From Ylistrum balloti (lineage: Eukaryota), in NCBI RefSeq assembly GCF_031769215.1, contig NW_026781915.1, forward strand, positions 2,170,001 through 2,234,000: a stretch of 64,000 bases of DNA, in the 5' to 3' direction. The position numbers were made by a program, and so were the translations under genes. This document shows positions 1-18,057 of this stretch, in pieces. Position 1 is the first letter of the stretch, and every line of letters begins with the position of its first letter. The notes below the pieces were generated by a model. It searched no databases. It worked only from the letters and a program-made list of their open reading frames with translations, and had not been told where the DNA came from.

Positions 1-61
1 TTAAACTGTTCTGATACATTTTTATGTATACAGTATATAGGCCTCATAGAGAGTGACTTAC

Positions 62-3000
62 TTGTCTATGAGAGGAAGAAGGGCCTCTTTCATATTACTT
101 AGAATCATGTCTCTCTTGTCTGGCTGTACTAGTAACATCTGGTCCAGGGACTTTACGTCTGGGGTCTAAAAGCAAAAATATTGGATGATGGCTTCAACAT
201 GTCAAAAATTGAATCAAAATGTAAATAAATGATACATCAAACAAGTGAATTAATTTACAGTGAATCAGCAACACAAACTGTGTTATATCAAAAAATAATT
301 TCTATAACATGATCTAATTTTGTAATGGACAAAATGATATAACAAAATAGAATATCATAAAATGAAAAAATAGATTTACTAAAATTCATGTAATGTGTAC
401 ATCTATGTTAACCGAATTCTTACCTTGAAAAGCATAAAACTTGGACCATAAAACTCTTCTAGTAATGATAATCTCTGTGATGCGATGGCATATTCATTGT
501 AGGCAAACTCCACGACATCAGATGCTTCCTGGAGAGTATAAAACACTGATATATACAACTTGGTATCGCGAAGAAACAGAAACATTTAACACAGACGCCA
601 ATATATTCAAGAGTATTCGTTATCAGTGGCCATTTAAATTTTGAAAACGTGCCAAAAACAAATGTTTAAATGAGAGATCATCAATAAATTAGAATGTTCG
701 ATGTCGATAAAAATTAATCTGTGTCTATTTTCCATATTTTGAGGATATATATAGATGGATCTTTGATAACGGTATAATGTTTATGTCATACAGGTGAGAC
801 TATTCAGTGACATTTTTGGGTAGATGATACCAAATGTCGTTACCTCCTGAAAATTTGATACGGCACTCTCGTAATTTACAAATGTACTTACTTTGTGACG
901 AACCAGTTTCCTAACACTGCCTTTGAAACCTTTTATGACTGCGTTTCGATGTACTTTTGTCCTGGAAAATAATAAGTATTCCGTTATGTAACATGAATTA
1001 AAGTACAAGAAAGAGCTGATATTAAAATTGAAATATAAATATGTCATATTCCTAATTTCTATACTAAATATGAGAATCATACTTTGTAACCATCCAATAA
1101 GAAGTTAAAATATTTTCTCCATCGAAGCTTATTTTTCCTACAGTTCAACATCCTACAGTTCAACATCCTTACAGTTCAACATCCTACAGTTCAACATCCT
1201 ACAGTTCAACATCCTACAGTTCAACAGCAGTGGATATGTTGCTTGCACAGTAAGATATCACTTTTCTTTCACAGGCAACACAAACAGTAAGATTAAAATC
1301 TAAAATACTACCTATAAGTATATATACAATTGTCCTATGTTTTCAAGAGACAAAAGTGAAAAAAACAAACATTTATGGCACTTAATTTGATCATAAAACA
1401 TGTGTTTGCATTTCATTTACTTACCCATACACTAAAAACTTCTTCACAATAAATTTGGCGTACTTGGACTTTGCCATCATGCACATCTGATCTGTAAAAC
1501 AGAATGTTTACATAATTGTACATTTTTATATATTCATGACATTATGTAGTTCAAACAGGAGAGGTCAACATCTTGATGTTTTTGTAATGGATTAGTCCTC
1601 ATCCATCTTATTTATTTCTGACATGACACCTAATTTATGTTAGGAATTTACCCACTTTAGTGTATCTATCAACAGAATTGTTGCTGATGTTGGTACTGAC
1701 TTGTTTTCATTACTTTCATATACACATTTTATTCATAAAAAAATTGTTCAAGATTTTCATTTGAAATGACACAACATCATTGAAAATGAGGAGACTCTGT
1801 GCCAGTCTCTATTTGCTGAAAATGCAATAGCAGTAATTTGGAAATTGCTACATACAGACCAAAAATATTCATCAAAAAGATTGAAAGACTCCATAACCAG
1901 GAATTCCATAGAAGTGGAACCTACAGTCATCAGTGGAATTATAAAAACAAAAATGGATCTTAATAAATCCTTATATATTAACATTTCACCTTTTGACTGG
2001 AGAACAAGTATCCTGTGAGTAAGCACTGTCCGAGACTAATCTGTATATGGCACATAAACAATGTGCTGAAACTAATTTTCTAGCTAGAGTAAGTGATATT
2101 GGTTTCCACAAATCATATACACACGAAAGCAAGAGTTTCAATAGAGAAGCATTGCATGATGTTTAAATATCATCGGTCAACAGCAGCTCATTAATTCAGA
2201 CAATGTTGCCATGACAACTTGCAGACAAAAGAAGCTTTTGTATTGCCTTACAATCAACCATTACATGCACCTACCTTTCAGTTCACTGAAGACTTCTTCC
2301 CTTTTATCTGGTGTACCATACTGGACTAAACACTGCAGCACTCGTGCTGTGTCGTGGGCAAAGGCAAGCTGTCACAAAGAATTGTTATTGTTTAACATTG
2401 TAAATGACAAATTCATACACGACAGATTTTGAAATATATTGTGCCACAAAAATTTTAATAAAAAGATTACTTTTTTATTTACACTGCATATAACTGTAAA
2501 AAGTACAACTTAAAAATGTATGTGTATCCATCCCATCTGATATAATAACTTAGATTGGTTTGTACTTTATAGATGATCATGTCACTCAATTTTACAATGG
2601 AAAGAAGATAATCATATGAATCTAAATGAATGAAGCAAAGATTTTGTTGTATTTCTTTCGGCTTAAAATAAAAAGAAGAGAAATAAAACTTTTAACTTTG
2701 TTTTAGTCATTAGTTGATTTATTAACACTAAACTCACCTCCTTCATGTTGCCCTTGACCATGGTCATTAGTTCTGAGCATAACTCTGACCTCCTCTTCTC
2801 TTTCACATCATGTCTTCATTAAAAAAGAAAACCCAATCATTAACGAATCATGCTTCATTATGGAAATTCAAAAGATGTAAAAAAAGAGGTTGAAGTCAAG
2901 GTGGTTACATTAAATCAATCGAAGCCAACATTGAGATGTAGATATATTGGCAATCTAATTAAGTTTCAATCTGTCCTTTATTTCCACTTGAAATATTTTA

Positions 3001-3617
3001 GTAGCACTAGTAGCAGTAATGTAACCAGATACTAATTCTGATAATCTATAGACTTGTTTTTCTGACACAACACGGTAAGATTATCATCAGATCAAATATT
3101 GGTGTTGATATAGGAATCTAACCTTCTCAATTCATCCCAGATTTGTTTGGACCGCTGTATCATGCTGAAGTTATTCTTCAACATTTTCCTCACTTTCCTC
3201 CTGTCCTTGAAAGGAAGCTCCTTCAGTTTGGTTTTCTTGGATTCTGTTAATAAGCAGTGAGGAAAAGTCAATGCCTGTCTAAACTTTAAAACATTCAATC
3301 AATTCCTGAACATTTTAATCAAATAATTTGTCTTAAAGCCATATCGTAAAACACAAAGCTGAATATTTTCATAAAATCTATTTTTTACAATTTTTTCAAC
3401 TTTACTAGACATGTACCATGATGTTGTTTAGAACAAACTTTTTGAAAGCTATTCAGCTGAAGCACCATTTACACATACCATCTGTTTCTACTGCCTGCGA
3501 CTCTTCCAGTCTCCTCTTCCCAGCATTAAGCCCCGTCCGACTGTCATTCAGGTTTTTCTTTGCCTTCAGTCCTTTCAGTTTGCCCGCTGCATTGTTTGCA
3601 ACTTTGGAAATCTTCAC
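62..3617 (-). CDS. PUM3: Pumilio homolog 3 (Puf-A/KIAA0020/penguin) 5' coding exons; the gene continues off the left edge of the window
   Basis: Minus-strand GT-AG exons, all in phase: 3617-3479, 3243-3123, 2813-2738, 2368-2275, 1491-1425, 961-892, 528-424, 165-62. Joined translation includes ...NNFSMIQRSKQIWDELRRHDVKEKRRSELCSELMTMVKGNMKELAFAHDTARVLQCLVQYGTPDKREEVFSELKDQMCMMAKSKYAKFIVKKFLVYGTKVHRNAVIKGFKGSVRKLVRHKEASDVVEFAYNEYAIASQRLSLLEEFYGPSFMLFKTPDVKSLDQMLL... This matches recalled PUM3 motifs (AFAHDSTRVIQC, KAKYSRNIVKKFLMYG, EASAIVEYAYN, EELYG). Confidence 0.93.
1137..1226. repeat. 15-bp minisatellite (cctacagttcaacat) x6 in a PUM3 intron
   Basis: Read directly from the sequence; one unit carries an extra t. 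Confidence 0.95.
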
Positions 3618-3744
3618 CTATGGAAAAAATTACATCTCGAGTGAAATATTTCTGAGTGAAAGGAATTTTCATGTCAATTAGTGTGATAATGTACAAAACA
3701 ATACTAATTATTATTTATTAACTTGTACCAATAGATTTACTTAC

Positions 3745-4401
3745 TCGTATGGATTTCCTGCGTTCCATTGGCTGTGGGGCAGCTGGAGGTGGCATCAGAT
3801 TACCCGAGTCTCCCTCACTGCGGTTGGAACTTGTGTCTGTTACACCCTCAGCGGACTCTCTCACCTCCTCTATTGTGGGGTACCTTTGTACGCCTTTGCT
3901 GGCCATCCTATGGAAAGATTTTTCTGCTCCGTCAGGCTGTCCACGTGCACGCTGTACAGCTCTTTCCATTGTCACATCAGCTCGTCCTATTGGCTTTTGC
4001 ATGCGTGAGAATGTTGTCTGCATGGACATATCTGACACTGGGTTGATGGCACTAATCATACTAAGTGAATCGGGTGTATCTGTCTGGTCCAGTGTAGACA
4101 GATCTGTGTCACTGTACATTGTGTCTTTCTTAGAGTGATATTTCTGTGTGGCTTTTGCTAGTTGTTTCTGGTTTCTAAACACCTTTCGTTTCTTTGGAGG
4201 ACTAGACATTGTCCCAAATGAAGAATTCAGAGAGTCATTGTCACTGTTAGGGGGTGCTGTTAGCTTAGGTTGGTCCTCCTGTAAAATGCTATTTCCCTCT
4301 GGATTGCCACGAGTTGAATAATTGTATGTAGTCATCTTTCTTCGTTTAGTTTTCGGAGCATGTGCCTCTTCAAATGAAGAATCTTCAATTCCAAGGCGCA
4401 T
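3745..4401 (-). CDS. 657-bp exon encoding 219 aa of Ser/Thr/Asp/Lys-rich low-complexity sequence; probable N-terminal extension of PUM3
   Basis: Acceptor cattctacttgcag is followed directly by ATG (4401). The frame is open to KSIR, then a strong gtaagt donor at 3744. A 127-bp intron joins it in phase 0 to the VKISK exon at 3617. It lies within ORF-track ORF 3718..4407. Confidence 0.6.
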
Positions 4402-6739
4402 CTGCAAGTAGAATGTATAACTTCAAATTGTGCTGATTCTAATTCATAACTCAAACATACACTATAGATCATCTCGATCGTAAGAAATACATAACCAATG
4501 GTATTAAATTTACCACTTAAACATTCAAAAAGGTCTTTGTACACATTAAAACTGATTTACATTACACATATACTAAATAAATATAATAATCACAACACAT
4601 TTTCAATAGACATTCTAAAATTTAAAAACTTAAAAAATCTAATATTGATTGGCCTAGGATTAATTTCTTCCTTTTTCACTTAAATGATCACATAACATTC
4701 ATTCATACAAGACATTTACAACAAAATTATTTCAGACATATCCTAACATTACAATAATAAAATTTCAATACTATAGTTTAATTTCTTAATATTTGTAAAT
4801 CAGTTTAGAGCCTTATTTAGTTATCATCAAAACACAGTAGAATTTCTAAATAAATTTTCCAATCATTCACTTTAACAAGAATCATTAGGACATTTCTTAC
4901 CCATCCAAAATACTTTGAGAAATTGTTTGATGTTGTCACTTTACTTAGACAAGATGAAATGAATATTTTGGTGAGATACTCCTTGGGTGTTTAAGTATAG
5001 CAAGTGACTGGACAACTGAATAGATTTCAGAATGTCATTTGTCAGGGCTGATGTTCTGACAAGCCAATAATTACATATACAACATAGAAGAAAACTCAAC
5101 CAGTTCTATTGTGATAGTGTTAAACAATAAAATTGGCTACAACAACAGGCCCATCCTACCTGTGACACTTACCAGCCTCAGGGAGAGACATGATGTAATA
5201 AAAACATTACTAATTGGTCACGTATTGTTGTAGCAATCAATATAAATGTATCAGTACTCAAGTTCAATGAAGCATGACTGAATGCTTTCATGATTATGTC
5301 ACTTGTGTGACAAGCAAAAAAATAATAATGGACAATGGTATTGGCCATGGAGAGTATAACATGATGGAAAACTATAGCTACCGGACATTGTTGTAATCAT
5401 GTATGGTCAGCTAGCTGTAAGTGTTGAATGTATGCATACATCTATCTATCACAAAAAGAGCCATAATAACCGATATCAAAATGTAAGTTTACTGTTGTTG
5501 TATAAGATTTTCTAACTAAGAATATTTCAATATGCTTCTATATGTTTAACAAATATTTTTTTAATGTATTATAATTATCAGTTTAAAGATTCTCAGTTCA
5601 AGGGGCACTTTTTTAGCATCAATACTGCAAATACTGTTTGTTTCTGAAATTTCATAATTGAAATAGAGGTTACTTATAAACTTACAAACAAAACAGTACA
5701 TGCCTCAATAATGATGGAAAACACACACACAATTATTCATAAAAACTAGAAAAAATGTTGGAATCTTTCATATTAAGACTGATCCATGACCTGACCACTA
5801 ATCATATTTCATCACCTTAAGGAAAATTTTTCTCATGAGTTAATGAAATTTGAAATCACTTTGTTTCAAGTTTGGGCTGAATTAATTGGATAGCGAGTTT
5901 CTCCTTTCAAATTGAAAAAAACTTCGGAGCCAATGACACATTTCCTTTTCATTAGATAAAGCAGCTGTAGAGTACTATCTTGCAAATGGTGGATGCTATG
6001 AAAATCCCAGAAATTTAGTTTGAAGCACTATCTTCAACATTCAAGCTAGCTATTAAAAAACGTTGGGTTTCCCATAAAAGCCGGTTGCCAGCCAATTTGA
6101 CCGGCTACTTAAATCATTTTGCCGCCTACACCAATGATATAGGAATGGAAATCAAGTCCTAGGGGAGGCTTTAATTCTTTGACGTTTGCTTTTGTGTTAG
6201 CTAACTGAGTGTTGAAGTAATTGAAATCCCTCTCCTCAGTTATTCAATGATGCCCCATTTACTTCTATGCAGTAGTTTGTAGTGATTGGCCTAACAAGAG
6301 CCATTTTGTTAGCATGTGATAAGTGAATGTTATTCTACTGGCGTTGCAAAATATATGTATACTTATATATCAAAGTGATATATCATGAAAATTGCATGGG
6401 TGTAAAGGAAAACAGCTCTGCTAATTTTGAAATGGTTATTTTGAAAAGATTAGTTATGTACTTTTAGTTAAGACCCAGCAAGGTTAGTTAAGAAGGTAAC
6501 CTGAATTTATTTTGAAAAGAAATTGAGACAGCCCTATCTCTCATTTGTGTGCCCCTGTATAAAATGCTGGTGAGTGTATTGTTGCATTTTTCATATACAA
6601 TGTAAATGTTAGATATTTTATTAGTTTCACATGTTCTTGTGGGCTCAATTTAGATAACACTTGAAACTGCGAAATCACACAATAGCCTTATAGAAACTCA
6701 TTTTTATAGGACTATTGTGTGGTTTATTTTTTTTCTAAT

Positions 6740-11427
<4,688 letters not shown>

Positions 11428-11905
11428 TAGATCATTTGACGACAATTTGCGATAATCAAAGGTTGATGTGTTTGTTATGATTATACCTGTATGTAATTGT
11501 TATTGATTAAATATGTTAATTTGTTATTTTTTTAATTGATTTTTTAGATCCATCAATCAAAAATGTCTTCAGGTGCTTCATATTATTTTGTTACAACCAA
11601 GTAATAATTCCAGGTTGTTCCTAACGCCATATTTTACGGAAGTTGTAGTTGACTAAAAATTGTAGTTATTAACATGCATATTTTTGTAGTCATCAATACA
11701 TTTATAAACTGAATGACTAGTTGTGGAGTGAGAAACCTGTAGTTAATTGCAGGTTATTGAAGTCAATAAAAGGAATCTTAGTTAACAACAGTTTATAGAA
11801 ATAAATGAGAGAAATCTGTATTTAATGAAAGGTTATGGAATTGTATGAGAGAGATACATATTAAATGACAGGTTGTGAAAGTTAATGAGAGAATTTTGAT
11901 GACAA

Positions 11906-12207
11906 GTTGTGGAAGTTAATGTGAGGAATTTGTACTAAATGAGAGGTTGTGGAAGATAATGTGAGGAATTTGTACTAAATGAGAGGTTGTGGAAGATAAT
12001 GTGAGGAATTTGTACTAAATGAGAGGTTGTGGAAGATAATGCGAGGAATTTGTACTAAATGAGAGGTTGTGGAAGATAATGTGAGGAATTTGTACTAAAT
12101 GAGAGGTTGTGGAAGATAATGTGAGGAATTTGTACTAAATGAGAGGTTGTGGAAGATAATGTGAGGAATTTGTACTAAATGAGAGGTTGTGGAAGATAAT
12201 GAGAGGA
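11906..12207. repeat. 40-bp minisatellite (ggttgtggaagataatgtgaggaatttgtactaaatgaga) x~7.5 with degenerate flanking copies
   Basis: Period of 40 read directly (11906, 11946, 11986, ...); lies downstream of the AK3 stop codon. Confidence 0.95.
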
Positions 12208-15200
12208 AAATGTATTTTATGACTGGCTGTGGAAAATAACTATGTTGTTGCAGTGAGTTTGGCTTTGCCTATTGATCCGTCCCCTACGACCTGTTAAGGA
12301 AAATGTTGCTCAGCTGTCCACGTCTGGGAAACTGTAAGCAAAGTGCTACATACATAATACTTGCATTTGTGATACAACTGCAGATGCTGAACTATATTTG
12401 CATTAATGGTTCATTGAAGTTCAAAATCTGATTAAGAAGAATTGTGCAGTTTTGATTTGGAAAACTTAAATATCACCATATCCATTCTTGCTTAAGTGAT
12501 AAAACTACAGATGTTCTACAGAGTACATGTTACAGATGCTGGATTTCACCTACTTGTCATGCTTCAGTGACAGATCACTCTCTGCTTAAACAGATGTGGT
12601 CAGCTCATTATGGTAAAATGTGGTCAGCATTTGTTCAGAGATAAACTAAACAATGATTTATTAAATAACAAAGGAATCTCTATCTTTTAATAACAATATA
12701 ATGGGACCTTACATTCTCACCCAAAGTCAGAGGGAACTGACTGCGGTATGACTTGTTATTATAAACAATATGTTGTCCTTTGTGAAGCAATGGTAAACAA
12801 AAACAGACGTTGTAATAGGAAATCAGTAATGGAAAGATTTCAAACAATAAAACAGTTGGCATAGAAATGAGGTAATGCTTATAGCACAGATAATTCAAAG
12901 TGAACAAGTAAGTGTAAAGATGGCTCCAAAGGGGGAAACTGTGATGGTGAAATGATAAATATGTCAATACATATATAATGAATAAAGATTAAGCTGCTGT
13001 AAACAATCTGCAACATTTGTTAGAAAATCACACTTTGAAAAGAGTTTTATAATACCTCAAATGAAATGAAAACATTTAGATAGCTTCTTCTCTGTGATTT
13101 AGAAAAGTTACATTTTGATTGGTTCAAATTCAAAATGTGGAGTACAAAATCAAATGGAGGCATTGTATGCCATTTTCAATTCACGTTGATTTCTGACTGG
13201 TGCAGCAAATAATGAATGCTGCGAGGTATATAAGACTTAGAATATATACTCTAGTGTAACCATGGAAATCCTTTTTTTTGGGGGGGGGTAATTTCGGAAT
13301 TTCTTTGGGTAAACTGTATACATAGGGGTTATTTTTGCGGTAAATTTTCATTTTATTTTGTTTATGAAATTAAAGCACATCACAAAATATTATGTGCAAG
13401 GGAAATTTTTCACGATCTAATGACCTTTGCGTACTTAATGTAAATTTCACCTTATATTTTGACTTTCTGTTTGTAACTTAAAGCTGATGTTTAAGCAGCT
13501 TTGGGAACAGGATTTTATCCAACTCTTCTTTCCTATCTGTCCAGTTAAAAATCTCTAACATATGATCTATGTACATATTTATTACATATATATATAGATC
13601 TTCAACTGAAAATCATAGATATAATTACTTATGGAGAATAAATGTGAAAAGAAGGAACATTGGCAACTGTCACAAATCTTATTTTTAAAGTTGTTAACAG
13701 GTTTTTATGTTGCACAGAAAGAATATTCCTGTATAGCTATTGATTTATCAATGTTTTAATTGATAATAATCGTATTTGATAATTTCTAATAAATGAAGAT
13801 TGAACATACATATTTGTTCAGTATTTTTATAGTATGGTCTTATAAAACAAGAAGCCTAACCTAATGGTTCTAAGATGTTGTGTGCTTGAGGGTTTTAACA
13901 TATCAAGGTAATTTTTTTGCAAGTATTAAAAAGATTCATCCCAGGAAACTTTAAGCCAGATATGATTAAAGGCCTTTTGATTAATCACAACACAAGGACT
14001 TAAAAACACTTCTTACTACAACGTACGGGTCACGTATTACCTATCCAACATGTTTTACACCAGTTGAGACGATCTGTGTGAGGGACTTTGTCAGTATTCA
14101 GTAAAATTACACCTCTATAGTGTGTATTATAGGGTTTTAACGAATGTGATGTTGAATAGGGTCAGGGTTATTTCTTTTCACAACTAATAACTTATCAATT
14201 TAATATGATTCCATGTATTTTGTTTAACCAGAAGTCACTATACCTCAACAAAGTTAGTGGGTATGCTGGAACCATGTCCTTAGAAAAAAATGTCCAGCTG
14301 CTCCCAAAATTTTGAACCAATGCCAAAGCATGTTAGGGACCATTTATAGATGTGCTTGCAGGTTCTTCCAGCAGAAAATTTTGGTAGCAAGTAACTATAC
14401 ATAGAATATTACTTGTATTATTACCAAATGCTCATTAGTTCTTCAGGCAATTTTAAAGAATTTTGGTCAATTATTGTAATTTATCAAAGCCTATAAGTTA
14501 AAACACCAAAGTGTTTCCACAACCATTACTATGGAAACAAAATGGCAGCTTCTGATGGGTCAAAATTGGGATTGGTCGAAATTTGAATGTTGTCCTATTA
14601 TGCTGAAAATTAATATGCAAAGGTTTTGTAGAATTGTTATTAATCACAATGGTACTATTTTCCAAAGCATCTGATGTCATTTGGTTGCTGTAGACACAAA
14701 AGAAGAGGGACCCTGTCCAAATGTTTAGATATACATGTATATAATTTTATCTGCAAAACATTGAGCTTAAACCTGCACCAGGTAGCTCCATGCTTTAGCA
14801 CACCTTAGAATTCATGACTAGTTAGGATTTGAGACCTTTTTAAAGCGAATCCGTAACAAAGACATCTTGACCAATAGCGTACTCGGCATCAATTAAAATT
14901 TCCATGGGGAAGTAAAGTAACTGGCTGCTAGTTCTGATCAGTTTCAAAACATAGAGTGCAAATGTATTTTTGTCTGATAAAGATCCATTCAGTTGAAATT
15001 AAACTTGAACAATGTTCTCAATTCTGATTTAGCTCAAAATATGGAATGAAGAATGGGTTCCATGAGGATTCCGCGCGAGAAATGAAATGTACAGAACAGA
15101 CGATCTAGGACCAACACAAATCCGAGAAATAGCAATGAAGAACCGTTTATGTAAAAAAATTCAAATGGTAGTTATGTGGTCATTTGTAACATTCGATGCA

Positions 15201-15376
15201 GCTCAAGATGTAACATTTATATCTGGAGCAAATCAAGACCATCTTAACAAGATGATCATTTGCTTTGCAGTCTGACCGCTATTTATCGTGAGTATTCCGA
15301 AGGATGGGTTTCAAAATTCTGACAAAGGGGGAAAAACTATAATCAACACCCGACCGCCATAGAAAGTGCGCTCTGT

Positions 15377-15855
15377 TCATAGAAGTCTTGGTACGCAACA
15401 AGCTGATAGCTTTCTTATTCTAAGATCTTCCTTAAGAATGGAATGTACTCTTTCCTGTGAAATCCCAACTGCACTGGCTGTATACCTCTCTGTAACTCGC
15501 CTGTAACCCATAATATCATTGACTTGATTGGTCATTTCTGGGGTTGCAACAGTGGCAGGCCTTCCAGGATAGGCGTCATCCCCAAGACTCTCTCGCTTAA
15601 ATTCTGTCACCCACGTTTTCATTGTGGGATATGAAGATGCATCGTTCCCTAGTGTTGCTACCATATCAATATGGATATCCTTAGGTGATATACCTTTCTT
15701 ATGTAAATACTGAATCACTGCTCTTTCAACAATTTTCGACATAAATGGCAAAAACACCAGTGTTCAGGTACAAGGCCTTAAATCGTCAGGGAAAAAGGAC
15801 CTATCTGCTTAACTTCTTCAATACAAGGCTCACAACTTATCAATCAGCCCTCGTA
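15377..15855 (-). mobile_element. Truncated mariner (Tc1/mariner) transposon: left TIR plus the N-terminal HTH region of the transposase
   Basis: ORF 15377..15757 encodes RAVIQYLHKKGISPKDIH...WVTEFKR...GRP...VGISQERVHSILKEDLRIRKLSACCVPRLL, the mariner HTH region ending in a WVPRLL-like motif. Upstream on the minus strand is TA|CGAGGGCTGATTGATAAGTTGTGAGCC (15855-15827), a mariner-style TIR start. No DD34D domain or right TIR was found. Confidence 0.85.
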
Positions 15856-18057
15856 CATTAGTAGATAAGACACCGTGGTTCACTTTTATTCTCTTGTACA
15901 CATACTTATTACAAACAAATGATAGCCGCATTGACAGTAATTAGATCAATTGGAATAAATACTTTTCCTAGTCCGGTATATAGAATACTGGATTTCAGTG
16001 CAGTCGGGATGCACAACTTACTAGTTTATAAATATACAAGTAAGGAAATCCCGCGAACGGGTTTCGTCGGCCTCGCTCTGACTCGCGTTAATGACTAAAA
16101 CTTCAAGGATATAAAAACCAGAGAAACAAATCTGATTAAATAAAAATCCTGTCAAAGATATTAAATAATGTTTTTTTGAAGGCGTTTAAATCAGTTAGTT
16201 AATACTGGGACATAATTCAATGACTTTCTGATAATTCTCAAACCACTCAAAAAATCCCTCGCCTCAAAAATGAATCGGCATCTCAACTGAAGTCCAGATT
16301 TTAATTGTACAACCCATGGTATGATTGAATGGAACATGCTCGAACAGTAAATGTTTCCTTACTGACGAATTTGGAACCGTATGGGATCAATGCACCCCAA
16401 TCTGAAGAGCGTTAACATACGCAACGGTGAAGGTCGGGTGACATGTGATGGACTCCACGCGTCTGAAAAAGACCCAAGCTGCTAATATTAGCACACATTC
16501 AACCTGCGTTAGACAACAAAGAGTATACATCATATATCATAAGTTGAGTAACAAATAAGCAAATTACAGTCAAACGTTCAATATCACACAATTATCAACT
16601 GACTAGTATATAATAAATCTTGCTATCGTAGACCTTTGCGAGAAAAGAGCAAAGGTCGTCTGTACTTTTCAAAAGCACATTGTTTGTATAAGGTGTGTAT
16701 AAAACTGCCCCCTCTATGGAGCAAAGGAAAGGGATCTAAATCTTCATTGCTCTCTTGATTTTGGTTGTGAAACAGCTATATGTATCGGTTTAGGCCGAAA
16801 CATTTTTTTTCTGTGAGAAATTCTAGTAAATTTCAGGAGATTGGCGGAAATTTCTCCGGGAAGTTGCGATAACTACCGGAAACAGCCGAGTTGAAATGAA
16901 TTTAAGAAACCCCCTATGGAAATATGAACTCGTCCAACAGCATTTAATAAAGATCAATTTTTCATTGGATGAAAATATACCATTCTAAAACAATATATGA
17001 AATTAATGTCATGTATTTTTTAGAAATAGTAAAAAAACAAGCAAAATGAAACAAATTTGATTTAAAGTTACTTGTTTAGCGTTAGCTCTACTAATTTCAT
17101 TTTGGCAAGAACAGAATGGAAAAGTCCGTGACTGTCTTTGAGCTCGAAAAAGTGTTGAAGGTGGTAAATTCAACCAGGATACAATGATGAACTCGAGTGG
17201 ATCGCAAAGAAAATGGTATTTATTTGCTTACGGTCTCACTGTGTGATGAAATTGACATTGGTGTAGTTAGGCCTCACATAATAAATTTAGTGCTAGTATT
17301 TATATTTTGAAGAATTTTATCGAAATCAAAGCAGGTACATATTTACACACCCTACCAGTTACATTTACATGTTATGTATTTGTTACAACTATTACATGTA
17401 TAGTTGCCATTAATATAACGTAATTAGGTTAATGTTCTGCTTGCTTTTAAGAAAAAAGTACATGTAGGCCGATACAGTTCACATTTTTCTAAAGCAAGGT
17501 ACAATAGGCCTTAGCTTACTCCGTAAGGGTAAGGGAATGCTTGAATCATGGATTATTAAGCCCCCACTCTGACCGTCATTTTCCTTCATAATCAAAGAAA
17601 AAGTTTTCTGACTTCATTTCCTACACAACTTGTCATTGGAACTTCATGCTTGGGGCATGTGTTCACCATGGCGAGGCTTGTGTCCAGTAAGAAGATTACC
17701 GACCTACATACTGGCCTTAGACGGTTACATCTTAAAATCGTTTTCTAGCTTATTCTTCTACTGGCACTGCTAGTCACTGGAACTTACTACATAGGTTTAC
17801 CTTGGTGAGGCTGTGTCCTGTATTGGAAGTTGGTCACTGACCCACACACTGTCTGATCTACATAAAACAAGTTTGTACTCGATCTCCTGCACTTCTTGTC
17901 GCTGGTACTTTGGGGCATGGGTTCACTTGCAGTGCATTCCTAGCATATATTTTCACATACAGTTTGGGAACTGTAATTTGCCAAAAGTGTCTTACTGACT
18001 ATGAGATGAATATTAATTAAGTTGATTTTTGGTTTTAGTCAAGATGAAGAGAAGGAT

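Noticed and set aside
3749-4138. Plus-strand ORFs (129 aa and 92 aa) overlapping the large PUM3 exon
   Set aside because: They are antisense shadows of a GC-richer coding exon, with no recognisable motifs or splice context.
13250-13460. Possible MITE or DNA-transposon remnant (ggggttatttttgcgg motifs)
   Set aside because: No paired terminal inverted repeats or target duplication could be found.
17117-17690. Possible extra 5' coding exons for the SYCE3-like gene (MEKSVTVFELEKVLK at 17117; MLGACVHHGEACVH at ~17646)
   Set aside because: The first is out of phase or ends at a stop. The second is in phase but has no homology support, and ATG 18058 already gives a SYCE3-sized protein.
17631-17930. 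Weak internal similarity between ~17631-17668 and ~17896-17928 (tggggcatg.gttcac)
   Set aside because: Too short and degenerate to interpret.
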